Shown here piece after piece: positions 49,370 to 59,595 of a stretch of 64,000 bases of DNA (the stretch's first letter is position 1; each line of letters begins with the position of its first letter). Source of the DNA: an uncultured Pelagibacteraceae bacterium (GTDB lineage: Bacteria; Pseudomonadota; Alphaproteobacteria; Pelagibacterales; Pelagibacteraceae); assembly GCA_902553555.1 (NCBI GenBank), contig CACDLE010000001.1:96965-160964 (forward strand), read 5' to 3'. The position numbers were made by a program, and so were the translations under genes. A model generated the notes under the pieces. It saw only the letters and a list, made by a program, of their open reading frames with translations. It was not told the DNA's origin and searched no databases.

Positions 49370-50628
49370 TTTTTGTTCAATATAGATCCAGCGGCGTATA
49401 AACTGCCAAATGCTACAATAAGTTTTTTTTCATTGCTACTTATTTTTCTTAAAGCATCTTTAAAATTATAAGCTGTATCTGAGACAATTTTGTTCTTAAC
49501 AGCGATCCTATTCAGTTTGCCAGGAGACTCAGAACCATTTTCATTTTCGATTGGCACAGTAACAATTTTTTGGAACACATTTTTTAATTCTTTAATAAAT
49601 AAATCTGGCTCTTTATTTTTAGTCATCGACCAAATACCATATTTAGGTAATTTTATAGTTTTAAGATAGTTATATAAGTTAAGGGCATCCGCTGGTGCAT
49701 GAGCTCCATCAATCATTATCAATTCATTTTTGTGCAACATTTTTTTAATCCTGCCTTTTTTTAAATAATTAAATCGCCCAGGAAAAGTTAAACTTGGTAT
49801 AGTTTTTTCTATTATCTTTTTACTTATTTTTAAATCTAAGGCTATTTTAATAGCATGAGATATATTTTGAAACATTCCTACTGAATGTACATTCCTAGTA
49901 TTAAGTTTAATTTTTATTTTTTTATCTTGATAATAATAATGTTTATTTTTTTTTATTAATTTCCATGATTTTGGATAATGAATTTTACTTTTATTTTTTT
50001 TTAAATGGCCCTTAATTTTCTTTAATACATAGGGCGTTTGTTTTCCTATGTATATGTTTGTAAAATGACTTAAATATCCAACATCTTCTTTGATTATTTC
50101 ATTAAGAGTTTTCTTTTTTAGGAATATCTTATGTTGAAGGTTAATATTAGTTACTATTTGAGCTAAGGGAAAATCAAAGATATTCGAACAATCATGCTTC
50201 CAAAGAGCCCCCGTTTCTAAAATAAAGTAATCAACATCAAGCTTGGAAGCATTAATTATGTAAACTAAAGTAAGAACTTCATACACGGTCAAGGGTATTT
50301 TTAATTTTTCAATTTTTTTTATGGTATCTTTTATTTCTTTATAAGTTAAATATCTGTTTCCCATATAAAATCTCTCTCTAACATCTTGAAGAGATGGAGA
50401 AATATAAGTTGAGACAGTTTGATTATTAGCTTCTATAAAACTTTTTAATGCCCATAACGTAGTAAATTTTCCTGACTCCCCGAGCACATTAATAACATTA
50501 TTAAGTTTTCTTTCTGGGTTTCCTAATAAACTTAAAGCTAGTTTGATCCTTTTAAGACCAAATTTTACCGATTTGTTAAATAATTTGTGATTAAGAAGCT
50601 GTTTGTATAGATTTATCGACTGAGACAT
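49366..50628 (-). CDS. folC: Folylpolyglutamate/dihydrofolate synthase, divergent
   Basis: After accD; L.LLGNPE, YISPSL..VRERF, FPGRF, IDGAH, AFGSLY. Confidence 0.85.
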   Translation of the reverse strand: MSQSINLYKQLLNHKLFNKSVKFGLKRIKLALSLLGNPERKLNNVINVLGESGKFTTLWALKSFIEANNQTVSTYISPSLQDVRERFYMGNRYLTYKEIKDTIKKIEKLKIPLTVYEVLTLVYIINASKLDVDYFILETGALWKHDCSNIFDFPLAQIVTNINLQHKIFLKKKTLNEIIKEDVGYLSHFTNIYIGKQTPYVLKKIKGHLKKNKSKIHYPKSWKLIKKNKHYYYQDKKIKIKLNTRNVHSVGMFQNISHAIKIALDLKISKKIIEKTIPSLTFPGRFNYLKKGRIKKMLHKNELIMIDGAHAPADALNLYNYLKTIKLPKYGIWSMTKNKEPDLFIKELKNVFQKIVTVPIENENGSESPGKLNRIAVKNKIVSDTAYNFKDALRKISSNEKKLIVAFGSLYAAGSILNKN

Positions 50629-51508
50629 TCGATTGTTTATCTTTAGCTTCTGCTTTTTTCAATAAGACATTTAATAATGTGCCTATCGTAGAATTTAAAT
50701 ATTTTCTCTCAACTATAAGATCAATTTGACCTTTGTTTTTTTGAAATTGTGACGTTCCAAAATCTTCGGGTAAAGTCTCTTTAATTGTTTGTTGGACGAC
50801 GCGAGCCCCGGCAAAACTAATGTTACGAACATTAGCTTCTGATATTTGGAAATCCCCTAAAGATGCCCAACTTGCAAGAGCGCCTCCAGTACTTGGTTCA
50901 GTAAGAACAACTATGAAAGGAATGTTCTCTTTTTTTAATTCATTAACTCCTAAAACCGATCTAGCCATTTGGGAAAGTCCACCTGCTGTTGATTCCATGA
51001 GTCTGGCGCCCCCACTTGTGCAAAAAAATATTAAAGGTTGTTTATTTTCTATAGAATAATTACAAGCATATAAAAAAGCTTCACCAAAATGTTGGCCCAT
51101 GGAACCCCCAATGAATCTGAAGTCCATACTTCCAACTGTGCATTTAACACCCCTTACATAACCTGATGCTATCAACGCAGTATCTCTTTGATTGGTTAAT
51201 TTTCTGGCAGCTTCTAATCTATCTTTATAACTTTTTTTATCTTTAAATCCTATCACATCATCGACAGGGTTTGGCGTTTCTAAGATTGTATAATTTTTTG
51301 AGTCAAAAAAAGTATCAAATCTTTGTAAACAAGATAATTTGTGATGGTCACCACATTTAGGACAACAGAAAAAATTTTTTTCTAAATCTTCTTTTAAAAT
51401 TAAATTTTTGCACAAACAAGTAGTCCAAAGAGTATCATCGCTCTCTGAAGATTTTTTTTTAAAGATCGACTTAATTTTTGGTTTAAGAAATCGCGAAATC
51501 CAATTCAA
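50591..51508 (-). CDS. accD: Acetyl-CoA carboxylase carboxyltransferase beta
   Basis: N-terminal Cys cluster, DFRFIGGSMG, SGGARLME, FAGARVVQQT. Confidence 0.93.
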   Translation of the reverse strand: MNWISRFLKPKIKSIFKKKSSESDDTLWTTCLCKNLILKEDLEKNFFCCPKCGDHHKLSCLQRFDTFFDSKNYTILETPNPVDDVIGFKDKKSYKDRLEAARKLTNQRDTALIASGYVRGVKCTVGSMDFRFIGGSMGQHFGEAFLYACNYSIENKQPLIFFCTSGGARLMESTAGGLSQMARSVLGVNELKKENIPFIVVLTEPSTGGALASWASLGDFQISEANVRNISFAGARVVQQTIKETLPEDFGTSQFQKNKGQIDLIVERKYLNSTIGTLLNVLLKKAEAKDKQSNVSVDKSIQTAS

Positions 51509-52302
51509 GATATTTTCCTTTTTAATTTTTTTATCATTTTATTTAACATTAAGGCAGGATTTTGTCTATTCTTAATTGAATTAGTAATTGCATTACAAAG
51601 CGTTGACCCGATTACAACACCATCAGCAGATTTAAAGGACTTAATAGTCTTATTTGTTATTCCAAATCCTATAACTAAATTTTTTTTTGAATTTATTCTT
51701 TTAATATCGTTATAATTTTTTAATATTTTTTTCGGAGAGACATTTAATTTACTGCCTGTTGTTCCCAATATACTGATTAAATAATTCATTGAGTGTGAGT
51801 TTTTAATAATTTTTCTCATTCGATCTTTAGTTGTAGTCGGCGACAAAAGTTGAACGAAAACTATAGACTTTTTCTTACATTTTTTTGCAAATATTTGGTT
51901 TTCTGGCCATGGCAAATCAACGCAAATAATTCCACTCACACCAGCTTTTTTACAATCTTTTAAAAAATTATTTTCTCCATATTGAAAGATCATGTTGTAA
52001 TACCCCATAAGAATTATAGGTTTTTTAATCGTTTTTTTAAAATTTTTAACTATATGAAAAACGTCTTTCATTTTAAAACCATTTTTAATTGCTCTATAAG
52101 AGCTAGTTTGGATTTTCCCCCCGTCCCCAATTGGAGTCGAGTGAGGGAAGCCAAGCTCTAGTATGTCAGCGTATTTTCCTAGTGATTTTAAAATCTCTAA
52201 AGATTTTTTTTTGCTTGGATCAGAAGCTACAATATATGAAACAAGAGCAGGTCTTTTTTCTTTTTTACAATTCTCGAAAGCTAACTGAATTTCTGATTTC
52301 AT
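51505..52302 (-). CDS. trpA: Tryptophan synthase alpha, divergent
   Basis: ELGFPHSTPIGDG, LMGYYN, VDLP, GTTG, IGFGI, DGVVIGS. Confidence 0.92.
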   Translation of the reverse strand: MKSEIQLAFENCKKEKRPALVSYIVASDPSKKKSLEILKSLGKYADILELGFPHSTPIGDGGKIQTSSYRAIKNGFKMKDVFHIVKNFKKTIKKPIILMGYYNMIFQYGENNFLKDCKKAGVSGIICVDLPWPENQIFAKKCKKKSIVFVQLLSPTTTKDRMRKIIKNSHSMNYLISILGTTGSKLNVSPKKILKNYNDIKRINSKKNLVIGFGITNKTIKSFKSADGVVIGSTLCNAITNSIKNRQNPALMLNKMIKKLKRKIS

Positions 52303-53537
52303 TCTGTGTAATAACCAAGTTTACTTTTAATTATATCTGCGTCTTTAAGACTTGAACCGCAACTATTTATACATAATACTGTATCCTTACTTAACTTAGG
52401 AGCAATTTTGATACACTCAGCGAAGGCGTGGCATGGCTCTAGTGAAGGAGAAATATTTTCGAATTTAGTGACAAGTTTATAGGCGTTAAGTGCTTCTTCG
52501 TCGGTAGCAGATGTATATCTAGCTCTCTTTGCATCTTTTAAAAAACAATGAATGGCAGAGACGCCAGGATAATCAAGCCCAGCAGAAATAGACTCAGTTT
52601 CTCCAATTTGACCATCTTTATCTTGAATTACATACTGAGCTGAACCATGAAGTATTCCAATTTTTGATCCATTAGTTAAAGGTGCTGCATGTTTCTTTGA
52701 TTTTTTACTTCCACCAGCCTCTACACCTATTAATTCAACTTGTTTTTTGTCGTAATCAATAAACTCATTCCAAAAACCTAGAGCAGAACTGCCTCCACCA
52801 ATACAATTGAGAAGTTTTAATTTTCGTGGAATTTTTCCAAACTCATCTTTAATTTGAACTAATAGTTCTCTGGAGATTTGAGATGCACTCCAAGCACAGA
52901 TTCTAATCCAGACGGCCGGTCCAACAGCACTTCCAACTACTAGATGAGTGGAATCACAGTTTGCTACAAAATATCTCATACATTCAGAAACAGCATCAAC
53001 GAGAGTCTGACTTCCAGTGGTTACAGGAATAACTTCTGCACCATATTTTTTCATAACGTCGACATTTTTTTTCTGGCGCTTTATGTCAACTAAGCCCATA
53101 AATATTTTTACTTTCAACCCTAACATTTTTCCAACCATGGCCGTATTTTTTCCATTCATGCCTGCACCTGTGTCTGTGCAGACACTTTTTTTGCCTGCAT
53201 ATTTTGCCATAAGACAATGAACCAAAACATTATAAACTTTATGGGCTGTTCCTGGATTTTCAGATACGACTTTTGCCCATATTTGTGCGCCTCCCAAATA
53301 ATTAGTTAAATTTTGGAGCTTAATAAAAGGAGTCGGTGCTCCAACATAGTTTTTGAAGTAATAGTCTCTTTCTTTAATAAAACTTTTATTTTTTCTTAAT
53401 TTTTCAAATAATCTATTTAGATCATCAATGGGTTTTTTTAAAGTTTCTGGTACAAAATTTCCTCCAAATTTACCACCCCACATAAAATTTTTGTCATATT
53501 GATCTATTAAAGGAATACCTTTTTTAATTTTCATCAT
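52299..53537 (-). CDS. trpB: Tryptophan synthase beta, divergent
   Basis: GKFGGNFVPETL, AHK PLP lysine, GGGSSA, GILHG, SISAGLDYPGV; between trpF and trpA. Confidence 0.9.
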   Translation of the reverse strand: MMKIKKGIPLIDQYDKNFMWGGKFGGNFVPETLKKPIDDLNRLFEKLRKNKSFIKERDYYFKNYVGAPTPFIKLQNLTNYLGGAQIWAKVVSENPGTAHKVYNVLVHCLMAKYAGKKSVCTDTGAGMNGKNTAMVGKMLGLKVKIFMGLVDIKRQKKNVDVMKKYGAEVIPVTTGSQTLVDAVSECMRYFVANCDSTHLVVGSAVGPAVWIRICAWSASQISRELLVQIKDEFGKIPRKLKLLNCIGGGSSALGFWNEFIDYDKKQVELIGVEAGGSKKSKKHAAPLTNGSKIGILHGSAQYVIQDKDGQIGETESISAGLDYPGVSAIHCFLKDAKRARYTSATDEEALNAYKLVTKFENISPSLEPCHAFAECIKIAPKLSKDTVLCINSCGSSLKDADIIKSKLGYYTE

Positions 53538-54141
53538 TAATCTTTTTTATATGTGTTACAAAATCTATAATCTTACTTATATCTTTTACTTTATTTGTTT
53601 CCAATGCTCCAGATACATCAACAATATCAGCTAAATTGATCAAATCTTTCAATTTTTGAATGGTAATATTGCCAGCTATCATTTTTTTACCATTGAATGG
53701 AATAGACTTAATTAAATTATAATCCCAGCTTAAACTTTTTTCATAACCGGAACTGTCCCAAAGTATAATGTCGGCACTATTTTTGACTTTTTCATAGTTT
53801 TGGACATCTTCTTTATTTTTGACCTGAATTGTTGCAATGATCTTTTTATTAAAATCTTTTTTTATTTGAAAGATTTGATCATCATTATAATTTCCATACA
53901 ATTGAAAATAGTCTAAGTTAAGTTTAGAAAATTTCTCTAATTCTTTTTTACTAGGCTGAACAAGCACACCAACAAACTTTGATTTTTTTTTATCAAGATT
54001 AGTTAACTTATTAGCCAATTCGTTATTTATGTATCGATGACTTTTTGGAAAATTTAAAATAAATCCGCAAAAATCAACACCATTATTAATACAAGTTTCA
54101 ACTTCGCTTGGTCTTGAAAGACCACAAATTTTTAATTTCAT
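53524..54141 (-). CDS. trpF: Phosphoribosylanthranilate isomerase, divergent
   Basis: KICGL, KSHRYI, FQLYG, VDVSG.LE, KDISKI. Confidence 0.88.
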   Translation of the reverse strand: MKLKICGLSRPSEVETCINNGVDFCGFILNFPKSHRYINNELANKLTNLDKKKSKFVGVLVQPSKKELEKFSKLNLDYFQLYGNYNDDQIFQIKKDFNKKIIATIQVKNKEDVQNYEKVKNSADIILWDSSGYEKSLSWDYNLIKSIPFNGKKMIAGNITIQKLKDLINLADIVDVSGALETNKVKDISKIIDFVTHIKKINDEN

Positions 54142-54145
54142 CGAT

Positions 54146-54835
54146 TTAGTTTAATGAATTTACTAATTTTATAAAATTTCTTTTAATATTGCCCTTTGTG
54201 ATGGGTCTTCCTATTACAATTGCAGTAGCACCATTTTTGAAAGCATCAGATGGTGATAAAACTCTTTTTTGGTCTTGTTTTTTTTTATCAAGCCTAATTC
54301 CTGGCGTTATTATTTCCATACCTTTACAAATTTTTTTTACAACTTTTATTTCATGTGCTGAACAAACTATACCATCCAATTTTGCTTTTTTAGCCAATTT
54401 GGCTTGAGAGACAACAATGTTATTAATTTTTCTATTAAAACCTATTTCTTTAATTGATTTACTTGATAAGCTGGTCAAAACAGTAACTCCTATAATTTTG
54501 ATCTTTCTATTTATTATTCTGGATATACTTTTGACCTTTTTTACCATTTCATATCCCCCATTCATATGAACTGTTAAGTAATTAATATTTTTTAAATCTT
54601 TTAAAGATTTTATTGCACCTACTGCTGTATTAGGAATATCGTTTAATTTAAGATCTAAAAATATAGGGATCCTATTAAATTTTGATATCAAATTTCTTCC
54701 GTCTTTTGAATAAAAAAATTCCAAACCAAACTTATAATATATTTTATAATTTTTTGCCTTTAATTTTGTACTAGATATTATTTTTTTGACTCTAGTTTTA
54801 TTTTTTGTGTCTAAGGCAATGAAAATTTTTCTCAT
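54146..54835 (-). CDS. pyrF: Orotidine-5'-phosphate decarboxylase
   Basis: IALD, DLKLNDIPNT, VTVLTS, TPGIR, DQKR, IGRPI. Confidence 0.96.
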   Translation of the reverse strand: MRKIFIALDTKNKTRVKKIISSTKLKAKNYKIYYKFGLEFFYSKDGRNLISKFNRIPIFLDLKLNDIPNTAVGAIKSLKDLKNINYLTVHMNGGYEMVKKVKSISRIINRKIKIIGVTVLTSLSSKSIKEIGFNRKINNIVVSQAKLAKKAKLDGIVCSAHEIKVVKKICKGMEIITPGIRLDKKKQDQKRVLSPSDAFKNGATAIVIGRPITKGNIKRNFIKLVNSLN

Positions 54836-54836
54836 T

Positions 54837-55118
54837 TTATTTATTTATTAATTCTTTAAGTCTTTTACTTGCTCTAAATCTTAATTTTCTTTTTTCAGGC
54901 ACATAAATTATCTTACCAGATCTTGGATCTATGGCATTCCTTTTCTCTTTAATTTTTTTTAAAAAAAAGGTACCAAATGATCTAATTTCAACAGGCCGGT
55001 CTTTAGTTAATGCTTGTTTAATATTATCAACAAAACAGTCAAATATTTCTTCAAGGATTTTAGTATCTAAATGAGGATTTTTTTCTTTAAGTTTCTTTAT
55101 TATTTCAATTTTTGACAA
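54837..55118 (-). CDS. ihfB: IHF-beta/HU-family DNA-binding protein
   Basis: VEIRSFGTF, DPRSG, FRASK; follows rpsA. Confidence 0.85.
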   Translation of the reverse strand: MSKIEIIKKLKEKNPHLDTKILEEIFDCFVDNIKQALTKDRPVEIRSFGTFFLKKIKEKRNAIDPRSGKIIYVPEKRKLRFRASKRLKELINK

Positions 55119-56855
55119 TTATTTTTCTTTTTTCTTATTGTCTTTTTTTCTACCTAAAGCTTTTTCAAAAATACCTTTTAGCGTTGCGCCTGATTTAGTC
55201 GCTCCAGCACCAAACTTAGCCACAAGACTCTTCTCTTCATCAATCTGTGCTGCCTTAACACTTAATTTTATTTTTCTTTTTTCTATATCAAGTTCAGTTA
55301 GTTTTGCGTCTAAAGCATTTCCAGGAGAAAACACTTCTGGTCGTGCGTCCGCTGAGGTTTTGGCTAAATCACCTTTTTTAATTGAAACAATTAGTTTTTT
55401 CTCGTTATCTATACTTACTTTTACTCCAGTTTTCATAACTTCATGAACTCGAGTAGTTATTATATCTCCAACTTTTTTATTGTTATCTTTAAACCAGTCT
55501 AATGGATCTTTATCCAGAGCTCTTTTAGAAAATCTAATTTTCTCGTCTTTTAATTCTATTATTTTTACTTCAATTATGTCATTTTTTTTAAAGTTATTTA
55601 AATTATCTTGTTTTTCATCAAAACTAATTTCTTTATAGTGAAGCATTCCGACAAGGCCAGAGTCTAATTCACAAAAAAGAGCTTTGTCAGTGATATTTTT
55701 TATTTTAACTTTTACCTTTTTGCCCAATGAATCGTTTACTTTATTCCAAGGATTGTCCAGAGTTTCTTTGTAAGAGAGTGATATTCTTTTCGCCTCTTTA
55801 TCAATATTAATAATTTTAACTTTAATTTTTTGAGATGGAGATAAAACTTTGCTTGGTTGTACATTTCTATTCTGCCATGACAACTCAGAAACATGAATAA
55901 GCCCCTCTACATTTTCTTCCAATTTTACAAACACCCCATAATCTACGAGCTTCGTACATGTACCCTCGTAAATTTCACCAATCTTAAATTTTTTAGATAA
56001 GTTTTCGTATGGATCTTCTGTTAATGCCTTTATAGAAGCTGAAACTCTATTAGTAGTTTTATCAATTTTTGTTATTTTTACTTTTAGTTTTTGACCAATT
56101 GAAACCATGTCCGAAGGTTGCTTTACTCTCCCATAACTTAAGTCGCTTACATGAAGTAAAGCGTCTATACCATTAATATCTAAAAAAATCCCCCACTGTG
56201 TTGTAGCTTTCACTCTAGCATCTTCTACAATATCTCCTTCATTAAGATTTTTAAGTGCCTCTGATATTTCGGCATTTTTACTTTTTTCTAGGACAGCTCT
56301 TCGACTTGTGCAAAGGTTACCCCTCTTGCGATCTATCCTTGTAGCTATTACCTTTATCGGAACATTCATTAAATGGTCAATTTTTTTTAAAGGCCTTACA
56401 TCAATTTGTGAAGAAGGCATAAAAGTTGGTAGTCCATCTACAGTACAAACATAACCCCCTTTTACTTTACCAGTTATATACCCTGTAACTTCTTCTTGTG
56501 TTTCGAAAACTTTTTCCATTTTTTTCCAAGCAACCATTCGCTTTGCTTTTTCTCTTGATATAACTATTTCACCTTTAAAACTTTCAATTCTCTCAAGGTA
56601 AACATCAACTGTTGATCCAACTTTAAGATTTTTTAACTCATCATCATTTTTAAATTCTTCAATAGGTATCATAGCCTCCATCTTTAGTTTTGCATCTGCA
56701 ATAATAAATTTTGGAGTTATTTCTGTTACCACTGCTTTAATTATTTCGCCTTCTTTAACTTTTCTTTCTTTAAAGTCTTCATTAAGAAGAGACTCGAATT
56801 CCTTATATTTTGGATTTGAATTAGCGCTTTGTTTTCTTTGTTGTTCAGTTGCCAT
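55119..56855 (-). CDS. rpsA: 30S ribosomal protein S1
   Basis: Repeated S1 domains (DALLHVSDLS, EGLIHVSELSW, RISLS). Confidence 0.97.
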   Translation of the reverse strand: MATEQQRKQSANSNPKYKEFESLLNEDFKERKVKEGEIIKAVVTEITPKFIIADAKLKMEAMIPIEEFKNDDELKNLKVGSTVDVYLERIESFKGEIVISREKAKRMVAWKKMEKVFETQEEVTGYITGKVKGGYVCTVDGLPTFMPSSQIDVRPLKKIDHLMNVPIKVIATRIDRKRGNLCTSRRAVLEKSKNAEISEALKNLNEGDIVEDARVKATTQWGIFLDINGIDALLHVSDLSYGRVKQPSDMVSIGQKLKVKITKIDKTTNRVSASIKALTEDPYENLSKKFKIGEIYEGTCTKLVDYGVFVKLEENVEGLIHVSELSWQNRNVQPSKVLSPSQKIKVKIINIDKEAKRISLSYKETLDNPWNKVNDSLGKKVKVKIKNITDKALFCELDSGLVGMLHYKEISFDEKQDNLNNFKKNDIIEVKIIELKDEKIRFSKRALDKDPLDWFKDNNKKVGDIITTRVHEVMKTGVKVSIDNEKKLIVSIKKGDLAKTSADARPEVFSPGNALDAKLTELDIEKRKIKLSVKAAQIDEEKSLVAKFGAGATKSGATLKGIFEKALGRKKDNKKKEK

Positions 56856-57504
56856 ATTTTCTTTTTACTTTAATATCAATATGTTTTGACATTTTTATTA
56901 CCATTTCTTTTATACTCATTTTACCGGTCTGGATTTCTAACGCATCTCTAACTTTGAGTAAAGGACTATGTTTCCTTTTTTTATCCTTTATATTTCTCAT
57001 TTTGATTGATTTTTTTACTTCAGATAACGTTATGTTTGGGTTATTTTTTTTTAATTCTTTAAATCTTCTTTTAGAAGCATTAGCTAAATCGCATGTAAAA
57101 AAGAACTTTACATCGGCATTAGGAATAATTTTAGTTGAGATGTCGCGACCCTCAATAATACACCTATTATTATTATGTGCGAAAGAAATTTGAAATGACT
57201 TTAATATGTCTCTAATTTTTTTAATTTTTGCAATTTCAGAAGTGTACATTGAAATTTTCTGATCGTGTAATTTTAATTTTTCAATTTTTTTTAAATTTAT
57301 ATTTTTGAATTTTTTTTTAAGATATAGAAATTTATTTTTAGATTTATTATTTATTAATAAATAAGCCGCATATCTGTATAATATTCCGGATGATAAAAAT
57401 TTTAATCTATATTTTTTTGAAATAAGTTTTGCACCTGTTGTTTTGCCACTAGCTGCACCTCCATCACAACTAATAACTAGTTTGTTATTTTTTTTTGATC
57501 TCAA
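56845..57504 (-). CDS. cmk: Cytidylate kinase
   Basis: DGGAASGKTT, SGILYR, IEGRDI. Confidence 0.93.
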   Translation of the reverse strand: MRSKKNNKLVISCDGGAASGKTTGAKLISKKYRLKFLSSGILYRYAAYLLINNKSKNKFLYLKKKFKNINLKKIEKLKLHDQKISMYTSEIAKIKKIRDILKSFQISFAHNNNRCIIEGRDISTKIIPNADVKFFFTCDLANASKRRFKELKKNNPNITLSEVKKSIKMRNIKDKKRKHSPLLKVRDALEIQTGKMSIKEMVIKMSKHIDIKVKRKYGN

Positions 57505-58834
57505 ATATTCCCCCTAAATATCTCAAAGTTTTTAAAAAACTAGGTGAAGATGTTCTAACTGTTTCGAAGTTATTAATTTTCGCGCTAATACCAGTTGATA
57601 AAGCTAAAACTGCTGCTGTCATACATATTCTATGATCTCCTAAATTTGGGACAATTATTCTTTTTTTTGAACTATTAAGAATTGTTTTACCAAAAATTGT
57701 TAGTTTACCCTTTTTAAAACTAGATCTTACTCCAATTTGTTTTAAAATTTTTTGCATTTCTACAATTCTATTACTTTCCTTATTTACTAAATCACTTATA
57801 CCAACAAATGAAGAATTTCCTTTAATTAGAGAAGCCATAACAAACAACAAAGGATACTCATCGGTGGTATTTAAATAATACTCTTTCGAGGCATTTATGG
57901 GTTTTAATTTACTACTTTGCACAAAAATATCACCAACAATTTCATTATTAGTTTTTTTAATATTTTTAAATTTAATTAAAGCTCCATTTTTTTTAAGAAG
58001 TTTGTAAAAACCTATTCTTTTTGGATTCAATCCAACATTTTTTATAAGTAGTGATGATTTTTTGCTCATTAGAGTTATTGCTGTAAAAAAAGCTGCTGAT
58101 GACGGATCTCCAGGTACTTTAAGATTTAAATTTTTTAATTGTTCTTTACCGTTGACATTAATGACCGTCTGATTATTTTTTTTAGTTAATAATAAATTTT
58201 TATTATTTTTCAGCATGTTTTCAGTATGATCGCGGCTAAAAAATTTTTCATTAATAGTTGTTTTGCCAAAAGAGTTTAAGCCAGCTAAAATCACAGCACT
58301 CTTTAATTGTGCTGAAACCCCTGAATTATAATTAATACCTAGTGGAATAGCTGAAGAAGTAAAAATTAACGGAAAGGTGAATTTTTTTTTTGGATAAAAA
58401 TCTGCACCAAACGAAGACATTAAATCGATGAGTTTTTTCATACTTCTTTTGTTTAAAGAATGATCACCGATTAATCTAACTTTAATATTAGGCGTAGAAG
58501 TTAAAATTCCAGTCAAAAGTCGAGCCAACGTTCCGGAATTACCAAAATGGAGAATACTTTTTCTATTTGCATAAAGGGACCCTAAACCTTTACCATAAAC
58601 TTTATATTCACCTGAATTAATTTTTTCTATTTTAACACCAAGTTTTCGCAGACAAGAAATTGCTGAAAAAACATCTTCCGATTCTAAAACATTTTTGGCA
58701 CAAGAGATATTTTGACAAATAGACCCAATTAAAAAAAATCTTATCGAAATAGATTTATCGCTGTCAACTTTTATTGATTTATTAAAACTCTTTATCGATT
58801 TTGAAATTACTAATGAAAACTTTTTAAAAGCCAT
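57485..58834 (-). CDS. aroA: EPSP synthase
   Basis: DKSIS, GNSGT, SAQLKSA, RDHTE, PGDPSSA, KESNR, DHR. Confidence 0.96.
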   Translation of the reverse strand: MAFKKFSLVISKSIKSFNKSIKVDSDKSISIRFFLIGSICQNISCAKNVLESEDVFSAISCLRKLGVKIEKINSGEYKVYGKGLGSLYANRKSILHFGNSGTLARLLTGILTSTPNIKVRLIGDHSLNKRSMKKLIDLMSSFGADFYPKKKFTFPLIFTSSAIPLGINYNSGVSAQLKSAVILAGLNSFGKTTINEKFFSRDHTENMLKNNKNLLLTKKNNQTVINVNGKEQLKNLNLKVPGDPSSAAFFTAITLMSKKSSLLIKNVGLNPKRIGFYKLLKKNGALIKFKNIKKTNNEIVGDIFVQSSKLKPINASKEYYLNTTDEYPLLFVMASLIKGNSSFVGISDLVNKESNRIVEMQKILKQIGVRSSFKKGKLTIFGKTILNSSKKRIIVPNLGDHRICMTAAVLALSTGISAKINNFETVRTSSPSFLKTLRYLGGIFEIKKK

Positions 58835-59595
58835 TAATTAGATGAATACTGATTACCAAAGTACAACTGAATCGCTTTAGAGGATTTTAGTATTTCACTA
58901 GGAGTTCCATCAGCTATAATTGTTTGTTCGCCTAAAACGTAAGCTCTATCAACGATATCAAATAGATTTCTCACTTGGTGATCAGTTATTAAAATAGAGC
59001 ACCCATAAGATTGTATTTTTAAAATATATTTTTGAATATCTTGGACTACTATAGGGTCTAAAGCCGCCATAGGTTCATCGAGAAGTATAACCTTTGGTTT
59101 ATTAATCATAATTCTTGCCATCATTAATCTTCTTACTTCACCACCTGATAGCACGTTACTATTCAATGATCTTAAATGCTGTAGGTTAAATTCATCCAAA
59201 AGTTTTTCCGTTACTCTTCTTTGTTCTTCAGTATTTTTTATTGAAAGTTGGCAAATACCAAGAAGATTGTCATACACAGACATATTAAAAACACTTCTTT
59301 GTTGACTCAAGTACCCTAAGCCCAACTTAGTTCTCTCATGTATCGGTATTTCAGATATATCTTTATTGCTAATAATAATTTTCCCTTTATCAGCAATATG
59401 TTGACCGATGATAATATTATACAAAGTAGATTTTCCAGATCCATTAGGCCCCAGCAATCCAACTATTTCACCTGGGTACATATCTATAGAAATTTTTTTA
59501 AGTATAGGTCTACCATCAAAAGATTTACTAACATCTTTTAATTCAAATATAGGTTTATTCTTTTTAAATTTTATTATTCTAAATCCCTTTTTCAT
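58834..59595 (-). CDS. lptB: LPS export ABC transporter ATPase
   Basis: GPNGSGKST, LSGGEVRR, LLDEP, ITDHQVR, DRAYV. Confidence 0.92.
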   Translation of the reverse strand: MKKGFRIIKFKKNKPIFELKDVSKSFDGRPILKKISIDMYPGEIVGLLGPNGSGKSTLYNIIIGQHIADKGKIIISNKDISEIPIHERTKLGLGYLSQQRSVFNMSVYDNLLGICQLSIKNTEEQRRVTEKLLDEFNLQHLRSLNSNVLSGGEVRRLMMARIMINKPKVILLDEPMAALDPIVVQDIQKYILKIQSYGCSILITDHQVRNLFDIVDRAYVLGEQTIIADGTPSEILKSSKAIQLYFGNQYSSN

